From: Raillietiella orientalis
Lineage: Eukaryota
Direction of reading: 5' to 3'
Assembly: GCA_036172245.1 (NCBI GenBank)
Contig: JAYWIR010000014.1
Location: 1,860,001 to 1,924,000, forward strand
Length of the DNA: 64,000 bases
In this document: positions 50,300-64,000 of the stretch, one piece after another
Layout: each line of letters begins with the position of its first letter
Position numbering within the stretch: position 1 is the stretch's first letter
Program-made: the position numbers and the translations under genes
The notes under the pieces: generated by a model
What the model was told of the DNA's origin: nothing
The model's database searches: none
The model's input: the letters and a program-made list of their open reading frames with translations, nothing else

Positions 50300-53200
50300 T
50301 ACTGTTTCCATTGGCTACATCAATGAAGACATAATGCAACCAAAGGCTCCCGAAAGTCTTAAAACTCTTCCACTTTAACGTGGCATGACATCCGCTGATT
50401 CTTTCCCTATTTTGGTGGACGACCCTCGAGTCTTCATCACTCTATAGAGCGAGAGAACGCTCAAGTGAGAGAACGTTTCTATGTAGCTGAAAGCCTCTGT
50501 TCTTCTGTATCTTACCAGGAAAGATGCTGTGCTCATGACGTTCTCCAAAATTCGCTCCTCAGTGGAGAACAGAACTCATAGATCATCAGCATCTCGACAA
50601 GAGGGTAGCCAAGGATCGCTGCAGAAGGTGGTCTTGCATCGCTTGCCCGGAGCAGTCCGAATGGGGATTGGATGTTTACGAGAATTGCAGTTCCTTCACA
50701 TGCGAGTACGATGCTGATCACAACAGAAAGGCAGGAAGGCACCTCTTTCACTGGACCTCGCGTCGCAGAGTGCAGAGAAGTTACAGGAACAGGTCTTTTC
50801 CGAGATAACAACAACCTGCTCAGGCAGCTTCTGGGAACCTGCTCCCACTTTCGTCCACAGAACCCACAAGCTCACCGGCGGAACAGTAACCCCGCTCGGC
50901 GCATCCTTCCTCCCCAGAGGTGAGGGAAACACAGCTAGGCGATAGCGAAGGCAACCTTCGCGAAATTTCCAGCAGCCAACGTCGGAATGGTGAGGGCCGG
51001 AGACAAGACTCAAGGAAGGACTAAGGTGGTTGTGCTGCGAAGGGAGGAAACGACTCTGGAATCCTGGAGACAAGTTTGTTTTCTCCCTCCGAATCAAGCG
51101 GATACCGTGAGATCGAACGGATGCTGCCCCATGCCTTTTTTTTTGGTGTCTCGCAACTGAATAATGAGCAGAAGCTCTTCTAACTTCCTCTCCCGCAAGT
51201 GCTTCCACATCCCGCACCTGAAGAGGAAATCACTCCTTCAGACCATGTCCCTCTCTTAGAAAGCACAGCTCTGCGTGCAGTCCGACACTACCCTTCACCT
51301 GCATGTAGATACACCTGCACTTTTCTCCCTTGCGTCATGAAAGGAGAGCTAACGCATAAAGTTTGAAATCACGAAGATTCCCAAAGGAAGGACGATCTCC
51401 GAAGAGTGCTTCGGGAATCGAGTTTTCTCTCCTTCCCTCCCTCCCTGGCGACCAAGTGCAGTCGAATTTCTGTGTTACGAGCGAGGTCACACCGTTCCGA
51501 CGGAGATAACCACCGGGTGGCGCGATCCCTGCGGGATTCCACCGAGCCGAGTCTAGGGCACCATCGAGTTGCGCTGCGCCAAGATAGAGGTTTCAGCGGC
51601 TGCGCCTCTTTCGCGGGTGTGGGCACGAAGGTCGACAACGCTAGCTGGGAGGATCAGGAAGACCTTTGCTGTTCCTGGTTGACCATCTCTCATTGTACAT
51701 GGGGACTGGATCCCTCCGGAGAGAGAGGAACCATTGCCGCTTTCCCTTGCATCTAAGCGCGGCTTCCTGAGGCCCGCAAGTAGAGATTGGATGTCCACTC
51801 CCGGAGCAGGCCTGAAGCAGCCACCTGACGCCGAATCGCTCCTCATGACAATCTAGTCGAGCGTCAAGATACGTTTCCTACCCGGAAGGCGAAAACCGGA
51901 GGACCCTGGATTCCCCCTGTTTTTGAAGCTTTCCTGTTCACCCTCTCCCTTTCCTCGCTTTTCTATATCTTCTCCCTGATCTCTTCTCTTTCTTTGGTCG
52001 ATACGGAAAAGGAAGAAGGATGAAGGGGGGATGCGAAGAAGGGAAAAATTCCCTCCTGAGAGGAAGAAAGATACCTCGCTCTGGGAGAAATTTAAAGTGG
52101 TCCATGGGGATAAGAAGGAGAACACCTCTCGCACCCTTCTGGTGCTTCATACCGAGGCTAGAGGTGCGAGCTAAGGAAGCCAAGGGGAAGAGGGAAACGC
52201 AGCACGGAACGGCACACACTGCAGAAGCAATGTGGATGCTCCTCCTGACTTTCGCGGCAGCAGGACTTCCGAGGGCTTGGCAACCCTCGGAAGTCCTGAA
52301 GGGGACTGCCGTCCAGGATGCTGCATCAGTCGCATGTGGAGAGGAGGACGGACTTTATTGAACAACCTGCTGGGGGGACGGCCGGCACTGGTTCCGCGCC
52401 CGGAGAGGAAGAGAGACGGGATTTTTATCCGTCCGCGGGCCGTCCTCCTCGCTTCCCAATGAATGCACCGTAGGTTGCTGCTGGGTCTGCAAAAGGGGTG
52501 TCGCAGCGGCGAGACTGCCTGAGCGTGGGTGTGGCCAGAGTGGAGGTCTGTCCCAGGAAGGGTTTGAGAAGGAAGGGAAAGAGCCTTTGGTGGGAGGCTT
52601 CACTCTGCTCGCTCCAGTCACTGAGATCCACTCCGCCCTATCCCCTTCCTTCCTTCACCGGATCTTCACCCTTTCTTCTGCAGCGAGGAAACGGGGTGTG
52701 GAAAGAAATGGTGATGAGAAAAGGAGCAGGAAGGAGAGGAGTAGCCACATCGATCCTGGTCTCCTTTGAGTTTCTCAGAAACTCAAGGCCCTCGACAGGA
52801 AAATGGAAGAATGGTGATGATACGAGACTTCCCCCAGCTGTTTGATACAGGATGCTCTCGTCCCGGGAAGGACTTGAAAGTCTGGAGGAGGAAGGGGCCA
52901 TAAAGCCACACGAACAGTGTTGAGGATCCTAGCAGGATGGAAGATGCCTTCCGCGTATTTCATGCAGCCGCCCCCGAAGAACACACCGTCGTCCTTCTTT
53001 CTGTCTTCCTGCGGTCCCCGCTGCCAGGGAGTCACGAAGACATGTTGAGTCTACAGGAGCACCGTAGGAGTCAGAGGCGATCTCCCTCGAGATGTACCGG
53101 CTCCAAGTAAGAGGCGAGTGGTTAGCACCGGATAAACCGACACCCCACTGAGAAGACCACAGAGTCCGCTGAGGACTGTCTTCCGCGGAATCAAACACCA

Positions 53201-54750
53201 GGACAGCTGCTCCAGAAACCCCGAAGCCTCCACACTGGAGTTTGGGATCAGAGACTGATCCCTCTAACAGGAGTGGGAAGAATATCTCTCAAATTATAGA
53301 TCCTGGGAAGTCAGTCCAATGCTATCCGGAGGTGCGATGGTTTCACCCTCATGTGCAGCGCTGTCTTCCGGGGTTCCCGAAGACGCTCGGAGAAACCGAG
53401 AATCACCGCGTGAGAACCAAGTCTGCCTCATGCGTCTGCTTAGGCCATCTGAAGAGTCCTGACCGAGACACACTGGAGCACCACTTGAAGGGAGCAGCAC
53501 CTCCGCGAAAGAGGAAGGGCCGGTGACCCACTTACCGGCTTGCCGTTTCTGCTTGTCTTTGTCCCGGCTGTGGGGCGCTCGCATATGGTTTCCGGGGACT
53601 GTGGCCCTGGGCACTGGCTGTTCAGCAGGAAAAAGGATGTAGAAAAAGAAATACTCTTACTACTCCCTTTCCCCTCCCCTTCCCTGAGTGGAGAAGTACC
53701 CACCACATGAGGTAGATGTTGATGACGACGAAAATGATGAAGGATACGCTCACGATGATCATGGAGAACATCCACACGTTGAGTTCGTCGCTCTCTGGAA
53801 GACAGAAACCCATCTGACTCGGTGCCGCATGCGCTCAATCTTGCTCAGGAGGTCGACGCCACCAATGGCCTAGCTTTTCCCCATGACGACCTCCCTTTGG
53901 GGAGGAGATGCCGAGGGTCGGGGAGGAAGTGGATCTTATTATTCTCGTTTTCTTTCCCCTCGGAGGACACGCTACCACAGAAGGGACTCGGAGGACGACG
54001 AAGAAGCAAGCACGAGAGACACCAAGGTAACGACAACTCCCAAACATCCAGGCGACAAGCGTGTTTCCCTGTTCCGTAGTTGTTCTGCACACGTGCATCC
54101 GCACGCCATGCAAAAAGCTCAGGAGCACACCTTCCTCATCCTCTACTCCCCATCCACACCTTCATCTTCCCCTTATGTAACTCTTAGCAGTTTTCCTCTC
54201 GCGAGCGTGGGAATCTACCAATACACTCCTTTCTGCGAGAGCACACGAAAAGATCGCCGATGGATGATGGACTATTCTATCATTGCTTTTCCACATGAGA
54301 TGCTTCTTCGAAGGATCATCAAACACAAAACCGTTGCTTCGAAGCGTAACATGGAGTTCGGATGAGTTTCCCTTCAAGTTGCTTCTCAAGTTTTTGGAGC
54401 CATTTTGGGTCGCTTGCTCCTTCCTCCTCGCACAACAACGGCAAGGGTAAACGCTGTTTAAACGAAACATCTGCTAAAAAACTCATCGAAACTCCTGTTT
54501 TTGCTTGCAGAGACACTTCGACGTCGAAGTTTCAAAGCCTGTGGAGGAGCTCCTTTTCTGCGCTATTTTTCTCTCAAGAATCCTCTCGAGCTCCAGTGAA
54601 TAAGAGCGAGTGTTTTTTATTGCTAGATAAGGAGGTGGAAACATTTCGCACAGTTACCTTAATCGCACAAGACGGGAACTGCGCATATGCACAGGACAGA
54701 TTGCATCTCTTAGCGTTTGCTGTCTGGTGAATATCAGGAAACAAACTGCA
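50300..54750 (-). mobile_element. Degenerate non-LTR retrotransposon (APE + RT remnants)
   Basis: Motif remnants in the expected order on the minus strand: FLEQL...VLSG (APE, about 53200), TRID (52749-52760), FSHH (SDH-like, about 52715), GEEVRRA (about 51185), KFREG (GF..G-like, about 50960), DADDL (YADD-like, 50579-50593). Many frameshifts. Confidence 0.6.
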
Positions 54751-55582
54751 GCATCGAAATAATACTTGAATTTTAATCCTTATCCGATATTTTTTTTCGC
54801 ACCAGAGATTGCTAAATGATTTACCTGCTCATTTCCAACACTTAACTTCACAGTCCATCTGTAAGAATTCATCTAACTGGTGAATACCTAACCATAAATG
54901 CATCCTTGCACAACATGACGACTTTTTTGCAAGCTAAGGAGCCAACAAAAACTAAATGTGAAAACATTCATCATAACTGTTTTTTGTTCCTGATTACTTG
55001 CTTTATTCTCAAGTGAACTCTTTCGAATAAAAACTAAGCCAACCATCAGAAATAACCCTAAACTACCTGGAATTACGTTACGGCCTTTCGTTATCCAACT
55101 GATTTCGGTGACAACGCTTTGATCGTTTAATTTTCTCTATTTGATACGGAAGGTGGATAGTAAAGCATAAAAGCCACTGGTGAACCTCTCGACTTTCTAT
55201 ACAGTGATTTTTCTTTTAGTCATTTTACACTCATTTTCTGTAAACTCTTAAACACCAGTCCTATCGAACAAAGTATGGGACTACCGTCCACCCGGTCGAC
55301 AAAAAAGCTTGCGACCGACTCCACCTTGCTTTTACAAGAGGTATTCAGTCTTATTGCAAAAGTGTCGAAAAATCTCTTTCTTGAAATCTGAAAAACAGCG
55401 AATCAAATAAAAAGAAATCTTTGCTCAAGACTTCGTGTAGCCTTCTAAGGCGAAAAAATTGGGGGCAGTTTTTTATTCGGTAAACTGAGATTTGCCACTT
55501 CGCTTCCTTTCAGGCATCAACGAAAGTAAACACAGTGTCCATCTACTCAGCGACTCCTGCCGACTCGTCTTAAAGTCTTGAG

Positions 55583-55625
55583 CATCTGAGTTTTGTTCAA
55601 CTAAGACACGAACAAAACTCAGATG
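55583..55625. repeat. Perfect 16-bp inverted repeat, 11-nt loop
   Basis: catctgagttttgttc-aactaagacac-gaacaaaactcagatg. Confidence 0.95.
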
Positions 55626-56999
55626 GTCAGCAAATTCGTCTCATGAGAACAGTTAACCAAGTGAATTCAATAAATATGTGTACTCTGATAGTGCACAAAA
55701 GCATTTAACATGAATAGCAATAACATGAACAATAATAATTTGCACAAGAGAGAACATAATTCATGAACGTGCATCTTTTTTTTAAAAAAAAAGAAAAAGA
55801 AAAACAGTGTTGCTGCATAATACCTGGCAAATACTTAATTTGAAAATCCAGTCCACTGACAAGTTCAGTTTGTGTGTTCTCCATTTAGGCAACTATTAAT
55901 ATATGATGCATGTAAAACTTATTAGAGTAAGATTCAAACTTGAAATCGATCAATTGAAACTTGCCACTTGAGCATTTCTCGCTCACGTGAGCCCCACACA
56001 AAATCCTTTCCTCTTTTTGCTTTGTGAGGAGTCCCTATTGATCAGCGCCGCATGCGTAGGAGGACAAGGGAATGAGTGGGGCAAAGAACTGCGCAGACGT
56101 GAATCCCGTGCACGTGACAAGACATCCCAAAACAAGATTCATGGTTTCAGTAAGAAAACTCTGAAAGAGTTCCGTGTACGAAATTATGCCAAACACTTGA
56201 AAGCGTCTGTACATATGTGTGTGAATGTATACAAACTCCCAGAATCGTCGATTCTCCGAAAAGTTTCTCTCTCTGTAGTCTTCAATTGGAGCTGTTTTGT
56301 AATAAGCAAATGTATAGCTCGTGTTTAAAACTAACCAAAAGACTGCCTACTCACATTCAAAGGAATTCAGCTAAGAAACTCCGCCAATGTGAAAAAATTG
56401 GAAAGGAAAATTTGGAGACCGACTGCTGGGAAGAGCGCGAATAGGGCGCTGGTTCTTTGCCAACTGTGTGCGCTAACTGATGCTGATGCTTCATTAACAC
56501 TTAACTTTGAAGCAACAAAATGACCTGAAAACGCTTTTGTGAGGATTCAATAGCGAAATTGTCCCATAGAATACAGTTTGAAATGCATCTCAGTGTCTGC
56601 ATCTTCCACCGAACGTTCATGAATGGTTTTGTTTGAAAGAAAACAGATCGTATTTCCTTTGGAACATACATCTGATAGTGGTCTTATCCATACATGTGTA
56701 CAATAAAAGTTTAAAGAATTAGAGAGAACTCCAACTTGAATTTTTTTTTTTGGGTCCAATAAGATTCCTGAAATCCTCATTTCAAGATAATCCTAATCGC
56801 TCTAAACGCTGTTGCTCTGAAATTCGTTCTATACATATATTGGAAAACAATGACTGAAAATACTGAAAGTTAGTTCAGTGTTGATACTCCACAAAAAAAA
56901 GCACACAAAAGGAAGCAAAGTACTGTGATGCAGAATTCTTGAAAAATGAGAATATTATAGTAAATGTGATCTTTCATTAGCCGTTAACTGAAGCTTTTA

Positions 57000-58400
57000 A
57001 TCTTCCAAGCTCTTTATTTATTTTAGACATGACCTCAACATAGTGATCAGACAATGAGAACATCTGCTAATATTATTATCTTACACTGCCTTACATTAGT
57101 TGTTTTGATTTCTCTGCCCATCGGCACATCCCTGAGATAATATTTCTTTCTATAACTTCAATAGCAAATATCGGCTTGAGGAGATCTCACGAGACTGAGA
57201 AGCATTCTTTTCACATATGTTTTCAAACAGATCATAATATAGTCATCTGAAGTGTTCGAATTTCAAATAATTTGTTTTCCCTGATGTACTCTGATGTACT
57301 CGTTATTCTTGCATTGAAGGTCTCAAGTGACTTTTCGATTTTCATGAATTATGTTTCAGCTCCTTGTTGATTTCTTGTATTTCTTGCATGCCACGTATGC
57401 AATTGTAAAGCATTTGGGTACCTATTGCATCCAATACTTCAATATGCAATTGAAAACATCATTAATGATCATTAATGGATCACCAATTATCGTAAGCATT
57501 ATATGGAATCGGCATTTTCTTATAAATTTTCACAAGCAACGGAAAAAAATAAAAGGTATGGGATAGAGTGCGTGTCTTCATGATAATGATGAGGGCTAAT
57601 ATTGTCAGTTCGTTAACTAGCCCACAACAAGAAATAGAAAATATACATGATCAAGCATAATCGAACAGTTCACGACATGGGCAAAGTTAATAGTGATTAC
57701 TGTTTTTGCAACGTAACAGCTCCAGAGGGGTTCCAAAATAAGAAAGTCAAGAGATTGTAGAACTACAACTAGTCAGATGAATGCTACAGAATTGATTGGG
57801 ACCGAATTCCTAAAGTTTGGCTGCAAATAGCAGCCTCTGTTGTCTGAATACTGCAGCGGAAACAACTAGACATCCCCAAAGCAAACAAAGGTTTTTCTTC
57901 CCAAGAAAACATCCTGTTCTATTGGTTTTCTTATAGATGAGAAGACTTCTAATCACATCAAGGATCTTTCCTTGCAGAGATTTACTGCATTTCAGTTTGT
58001 GTTCTAATGTTCGAGATGGTTAGTTCTCCAGAGGGTTCTCCTATATTAGTGCTCCATCGGAGTACTTTCGTTTCACTTTCTTTGTAATGCTGTAGCTTAC
58101 TTTTATTCTCACCTTTTCACATCCATCGAGGTTGCTGTAGCAAAATAGGAAAACAATTACAACAATCGTTCAAAGCAAGAAGTGCTTTTTGAAGATTTCG
58201 TAGAGCCATTTGTCGACTACTTTGCCTTTCACATAATGGACAAAGCTGCAACCTTTTCCAATGCTCACGAAGTATTTGGTAAAAATAATGTTGACAAACT
58301 AAATTATCCATTCTTAGATCATTCATTTTTTAGTCCTCAAGAGAATCACTGGTTTTGAAAAAGAAAGCATAACCATTTTTCAAAATTTTAACAGTCCCTT
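57000..58400 (+). mobile_element. Highly decayed RT fragment
   Basis: FLINFHK (about 57520), RGVP (about 57724), PKQTK (about 57876). Weak evidence. Confidence 0.25.
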
Positions 58401-59783
58401 AGAATCTTTGCAGTTAGACCTTTGAACAGCAAGAACTAGTAGTAGTTTCTGGTGATTATGAAAATTCAGTTGAGAAATTCCAATGCCACAAGTCGTTCTC
58501 GAAACTGCATATTTATTCAGCATAAACACGATTTGATCAGAGATTTTGAAAAATGTTCCATTTTTTCGGATTCCTCACTGGCCAACGATTTTCTTTTCTT
58601 TTCAAAGCACTTTCAATGATGTTAACTACTTTTTTTTTTGTTTGTTTAGCTTTACTAAAACACTAAGAGAGAAAACCTCAATTTTTTCCTGTCAGCATGT
58701 GAATGATTTTTCATTTGCTTTGAAGAAATTATTAAAGTAACTCTGCATAGCCATTATGGCTTTCAGATACTTTATAATCATCAGTATCGTTTCTCATTCT
58801 TGTTTATATCTTTTCTACCAGTTACAGTAAATGCCAATTCTTTCTTATTTTTATTTCTCAAAAGGGTTTCTAGGTTCTATTATAATTTCTGAATTATTTT
58901 TGTTGCATTTCTGTCCTGTCCATCTTCATTTTCATTTCCCATTCCAGGAAGAAGTAGTTTGGAAGAAAACATTTTTTTCGTCTATATTATACGTGTAGAT
59001 CTTTTAATTGAGTTCTTTCTTTCAAGGAGTTCTTATCTGAGGCTACTTGTTTTCTTGATTCCATAGATAATCAAAATACTACAGCTGAATGCTTTCTTTT
59101 GACATCATAGATGTATGAATTAATCCCATAGATGGATCATCCTACAGGTGACAATGAAACTTGTCAGTTTAGCCGTATGTTGCCAAACAATTCAAAATTT
59201 GACATTTATGCTCTGATAAAAAAATATACGCAACTATTTGTGTATAACTTCTCGCGTTAAAAACTCAGATGTGCCGCAAATGTGTAGGCAACTAGACAGA
59301 AACAGCTTGATTTACATTGCATACTCATACCCAATAACCAGATTCATACACCACTACTATTTTGAGCACATCTTCTATTAACGTACAGAAGAATATGAAT
59401 CATCAGCAAAATTTTTCTCAGATGTTTGTTTTACCTTTCCAAAAACAATTTTTATCTTAAAGTTTCCTTCCATAGGTATATAGAAGCTATGCAGAAATTA
59501 AAGCTCAAGATCTTCAGCGGTGACATTAGCTTCTTGAATTTGGCCATCAAAAAACTACTAAGAATATATAGAATAAAAACTTAGCCAATCTTGAAAGCTT
59601 GTTTGAAGAGAACCTGAAAGATTTGAGCAATTTTGAATCAATATTTCATTTGTTGGGCTAGCGATACGTAACCCTGACGAACACATTTTAATTTCGTTGG
59701 TGAATACCTATGCGCCGTGGACTGTGTGCTTGCTATAGAATTGTTAATAGGTTTATTACTAAAGGAATCAATTTAAAATCTCC

Positions 59784-62700
59784 ATGATGAGGAAGAAAAT
59801 TGATAATCGTATCAGAACTCTGATAGAAAATGGTGTTTATTTGCGTCACCGTAGCATGTTTGTAATTATTGGTGAAAGAGGCAGAGATCAGGTATGTTTG
59901 TCTATCGGTACGCTAGAAACTCCATATGAATTAAATATGAACTTGTAATTAACTAATTTTTGTTTTTAACCAAATCTGAAAAACTACGGCTATGAAACAC
60001 TATGGCTTACTGGCAGAGCTTGGAGTTATGGTAAAATCAACGTAATAACATTTGTGAATTTTCAAAAGTTGTTACGTTTTGTGAATAATTATGTTTAATC
60101 AGCGATGGTACCAAAAAATTTACATGTCGATGCTGCATAGAAAGCTGCTATTATTGCGAAAAAATATTAATATGAATCATCTTAAGTAGTTTGTAATGCA
60201 AGACTTAATCGTAGAATACTTTTACGCGAGAAGGCCTCCCCTGCCCCCTTCCAAAAGATTGTGTGCTCGAATAGCCCAGAAGATTGTATGAATATATGTT
60301 CCCATTAATGCTGTGATTATTTGCTATCAGGTTGTCATTTTGCATCATATATTATCAAAAGCAACAGTTCGTGCACGGCCCACTGTTCTTTGGTGCTACA
60401 AAAAAGATTTGGGATTCTCCAGGTGAGAATTTCTAATTATTGATATGCCGAGATCTTGTGTAGCCACCGTAAGAAACGAATGAAGCAACTGCAAAAAAAA
60501 CTGAAGTCCGGAAAAATTAGCATAAATGAGGATGACCCTTTTGAACTTTTCATTGCATCCACCACTATTCGTTACTGTTATTATTCCGAAACACACAAAA
60601 TCTTGGGAAATACATATGGAATGTGTGTTCTGCAGGTAAAACAACAAATGTAGTTCACAGCTCCACATTGTCTTAGGACTTTGAAGCACTGACTCCCAAT
60701 CTTCTTGCAAGAACTATTGAAACAGTTGAAGGAGGTGGTATTATCATCATTTTGTTGAAGACAGTGACATCTCTAAAACAGATCTATACTATGACTATGG
60801 ATGTGCATGCTCGTTACAGAACAGAATCTCATTCTGAGGTTGTTGGTCGCTTTAATGAAAGGCATGTATGTTCAAGAATTTCTTTGCTTTCTCACAATTT
60901 CATTTCATTTGCCATCTTATGGTAATTTGCTTAATTGATTTCTGCAAATGTCCCTATCATTTTAGAGCATTTGTTAGCAATATACTCTTAAATTGAAAGT
61001 ATGCTTGTAGTTTTTTATATCAGTTGTTTTAAATGTTGTGACATCCTTTTCAACATGAGGCTAAGTATAGTTCATATTCTGGACATTTTTTGCTAATTTT
61101 TTTTCTATTGAAAAAATGATTGGAAATCAGAAGCATTTGGTAGAGTGATTATCAGTTACATGGTTTGATATCTATTACAATAATAAGTGCTATCAAGTAG
61201 TGTAAGTGTAAGTGATGAGCATATGTACTATTCACATTGTTTGAATCATTACATAGAGTGGTCAGAATGGCTGTTTTAACAATTGACCACTTTAACAACT
61301 AATTGCTCCAGGAAATCATTGGATATGGCCATCCGATTATATTTGTAAGAGAATAAAATTTGCAGGGATGAAGATCACCATGTATTTATTTGAACAAAGT
61401 GACAGAAATCCATTTAATGAATGGCAAATTAACTATAGTATATTCATGGCAGTGTTTAGTTGGTAACAAGTTCAGCAAACTTGTAATATCTTGATTTGTT
61501 CTTCTCATTTTGAACTTTTGTTTTATATAACTTCTGTTATTAACTCACGTTTACAAATAACTTAACTGTTTAAAAGCAACATAACTGTATGTTGGCCCAC
61601 TAAAACTCGCATTTTTTAAGTCCAAGTTTTAGTGAGTATCAGGAAGTCTTTTTAATTTTATTTCTGAGGTAATCTTTTTTCCCTCTTTACAATCTAATTC
61701 CATTCAACTTATTCCATTAGCATTTTATTACTTTATTATTGTTAAACTTGCTAGTTTAGAAGTTTTAGTATAAATTAGGAATTTTTTGTTGTAATCAGTT
61801 GTATGCAATTGCATGCTTGCTTTTTCTGTTTTCTGAATTCTTATAGTTTTTTTTCATCATTCATGTATTTGAAATAAAGTTCCAGCTTTATTAGTTCTTT
61901 ACATGAAAATTTCATAACTTCTATTGGTGGTATTGTGGAAGTGCTGAATTTCATTATTGGGATTAATTTATCCATTATGGCTTAGCTAATGTGGTTATTT
62001 CATAGTGATTCATCATTTTTCCAGAGGTATGTTTGAGTGTTTCTCACTGCCTTTTCTATATTGTTTTTGTTCAATATTTCTGTGTTAGAGATGCAACATC
62101 AATAACCAAAACAGTAAATGTATTTGCAATTCTGTATTGCATCTGGGATTTTTCTCCCTTTTTTCTCCACGATTCCCATTGTCTCATGGACATGAGTAAT
62201 TGAATTTCAGCAGGCATAATAATTTATAGAAACCAAGTTAGTGGAATTAACGAATTAAACAGGAAATTAAATTAAGTAATAAGCTTATTTGAATCTAAGC
62301 TAATTGTTAAGTTTATTATTTTATTTCTAATCTGTATGATAGTGCTGATTTTAAGTGGTGCCTATTTATTGGCACTTTCTCTTACCAACTTTGTTTTTTG
62401 ATTGATATGGAGTATGATTATCTATATGAAGATCATGATAGAATTTGTTTAATCTTGAAAGACGCATTTGCTTGACCTACTATCGGCATGGTTCTTTAAT
62501 TCCTTTATGTTTACAGTTGTGGAGTAAATGCTTGCAAATGAACCAATGTCAAACTTTGTAACTACCAGTTGAGCACTTGATAATTTTGGTTTTCATACTG
62601 TTTTGGGGTAAATAAATTATTATTTTATTCATTTGCTGCTACCAGTAAATTTTCGCAAATGTTTACTTTGCCTGCTTCCAAGTAAGGAATGATCGAATGA

Positions 62701-64000
62701 CGAACAAGTCTTTATTATGCAGCAATTCTTTGAATGAATTTTTTTTAGCCAAGCTTGGATTTATATTTCATTTTAAAGAAAACCTTGAACAAAGCTATAT
62801 TTGTATCATCATCAAGTATTTACAAGCTGAGCATAACTTTTCTTGCAGATTCATCTTATCTTTGAGTACTTGTAAGCGTTGTCTTGTCATGGATGATCAG
62901 TTGAATGTCCTGCCACTTTCTTCACACACTCTTGAAATCATTCCCCTGACAGCCACACCTGATGAAACTTGTCAGTCTTCTTTGGATATTGAGTTGCACA
63001 ATCTTCAGGAAAGTTTGAAAGATACTCAACCTATTGGTGTATTAGTAGATTTGTGTAAGACTCTGGATCAGGTAAGCTATCCAAATTATGTTCACAGAAA
63101 ATGTTGTGTATAGGCGAAAGCAGTTCTTCAGTTCATGGAGGCTGTCTGTGAGAAGACCTTGCACAGTACTGTAACGCTCACATCTCCACGTGGGCGAGGA
63201 AAGTCTGCTGCCCTTGGATTGGCTTTAGCTGGAGCCATAGCATTTGGTTATTCTAATATTTTTGTAACCAGCCCAAGTCCAGAAAACTTGAACACCTTAT
63301 TTGAATTTGTATTTAAAGGTAGGGTGCCTTATAAATGCAGTTCCTGTTATCCTTGTTTCAAGGTTTTGATGTTCTTAAATATGAGGAACACATAGATTAC
63401 AGTCTATTGCGGTCTACAAACCCAGAGTTTAACAAAGCAATAATTCGAGTGAATGTTTTCCGGGAACATCGTCAAACCATTCAAGTGCGTGGATTCTTCT
63501 TTGGATTCTTCTATCATGTGCTTTTAGTACATTCATCCATCTGATGCCAACAAGTTGGAGCAGGCAGAACTTTTGCTGATTGATGAGGCAGCAGCAATTC
63601 CTCTTCCTCTTGTTCAGAGTTTGCTAGGGCCTTATTTAATATTTATGGCTTCTACAATTAATGGGTATGCATTATGCTTTTGTTCAGATTTGCCACGGAT
63701 TCTTTAGATATGAGGGAACAGGCCGGTCATTGTCTTTGAAACTCATGCAAAAACTTCGGCAAGAATCAGTATCTCTAAGAGATAAGCAAGTGCAAAAAGA
63801 TTCCCAATCACTTGGACGTATATTATGTGAGGTTACTCTGACAGAAAGCATTCGCTATAATGCTGGAGATGATGTGGAACAATGGCTAAACGATCTTCTT
63901 TGTTTGGACGTAAATGATGCACAGTTCAGTCATTTAGGCTGCCCATCACCAGAACAGTGTGACTTGTATTATGTCAATCGAGATACATTGTTTTGTTTTC
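59784..64000 (+). CDS. NAT10: RNA cytidine acetyltransferase NAT10/Kre33, 5' part, runs off the window. Exons 59784-59891, 60331-60422, 60464-60635, 60677-60861, 62849-63071, 63114-63318, 63363-63484, 63528-63664, 63708->64000
   Basis: Spliced translation MMRKKIDNRIRTLIENGVYLRHRSMFVIIGERGRDQ/VVILHHILSKATVRARPTVLWCYKKDLGFS/SHRKKRMKQL...GNTYGMCVLQ/DFEALTPNLLARTIETVEGGG...GRFNE/RFILSL...; helicase Walker A-like RGRGKSAALG, DEAAAIP, and STINGYEGTGRSLSLKL. Every junction keeps the frame with GT(GC)-AG ends. Confidence 0.97.

Noticed and set aside
61211..61300. Box C-like GTGATGA in the long NAT10 intron (possible snoRNA)
   Set aside because: No box D CTGA or terminal stem at a suitable distance.

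Overview
Eukaryotic, almost certainly animal, genomic DNA. Two host genes can be reconstructed by hand. One is a nuclear ATP synthase F0 subunit c gene (minus strand, 44711-45240, 3 coding exons, with a possible alternative first exon). The other is the 5' part of NAT10/Kre33 RNA cytidine acetyltransferase (plus strand, 59784 to the window end), which has six 41-44 nt introns and one 1987-nt GC-AG intron. The two genes are divergently oriented about 14.5 kb apart. Most of the rest, especially the GC- and CpG-rich 1-33 kb and 50-55 kb, appears to be frameshifted non-LTR retrotransposon relics (APE endonuclease and RT motif remnants, mostly L1/Tx1-like) on both strands. There is also one better-preserved LINE 3' half (39.7-41.4 kb), a PIF1/Helitron helicase relic, a tRNA-like element and several perfect hairpins. 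The TE calls rest on degenerate motifs recognised by eye, so their boundaries are approximate. Most ORFs in the supplied track are spurious. I found no convincing intact novel multi-gene system; the best leads are RNA-level and splicing oddities.
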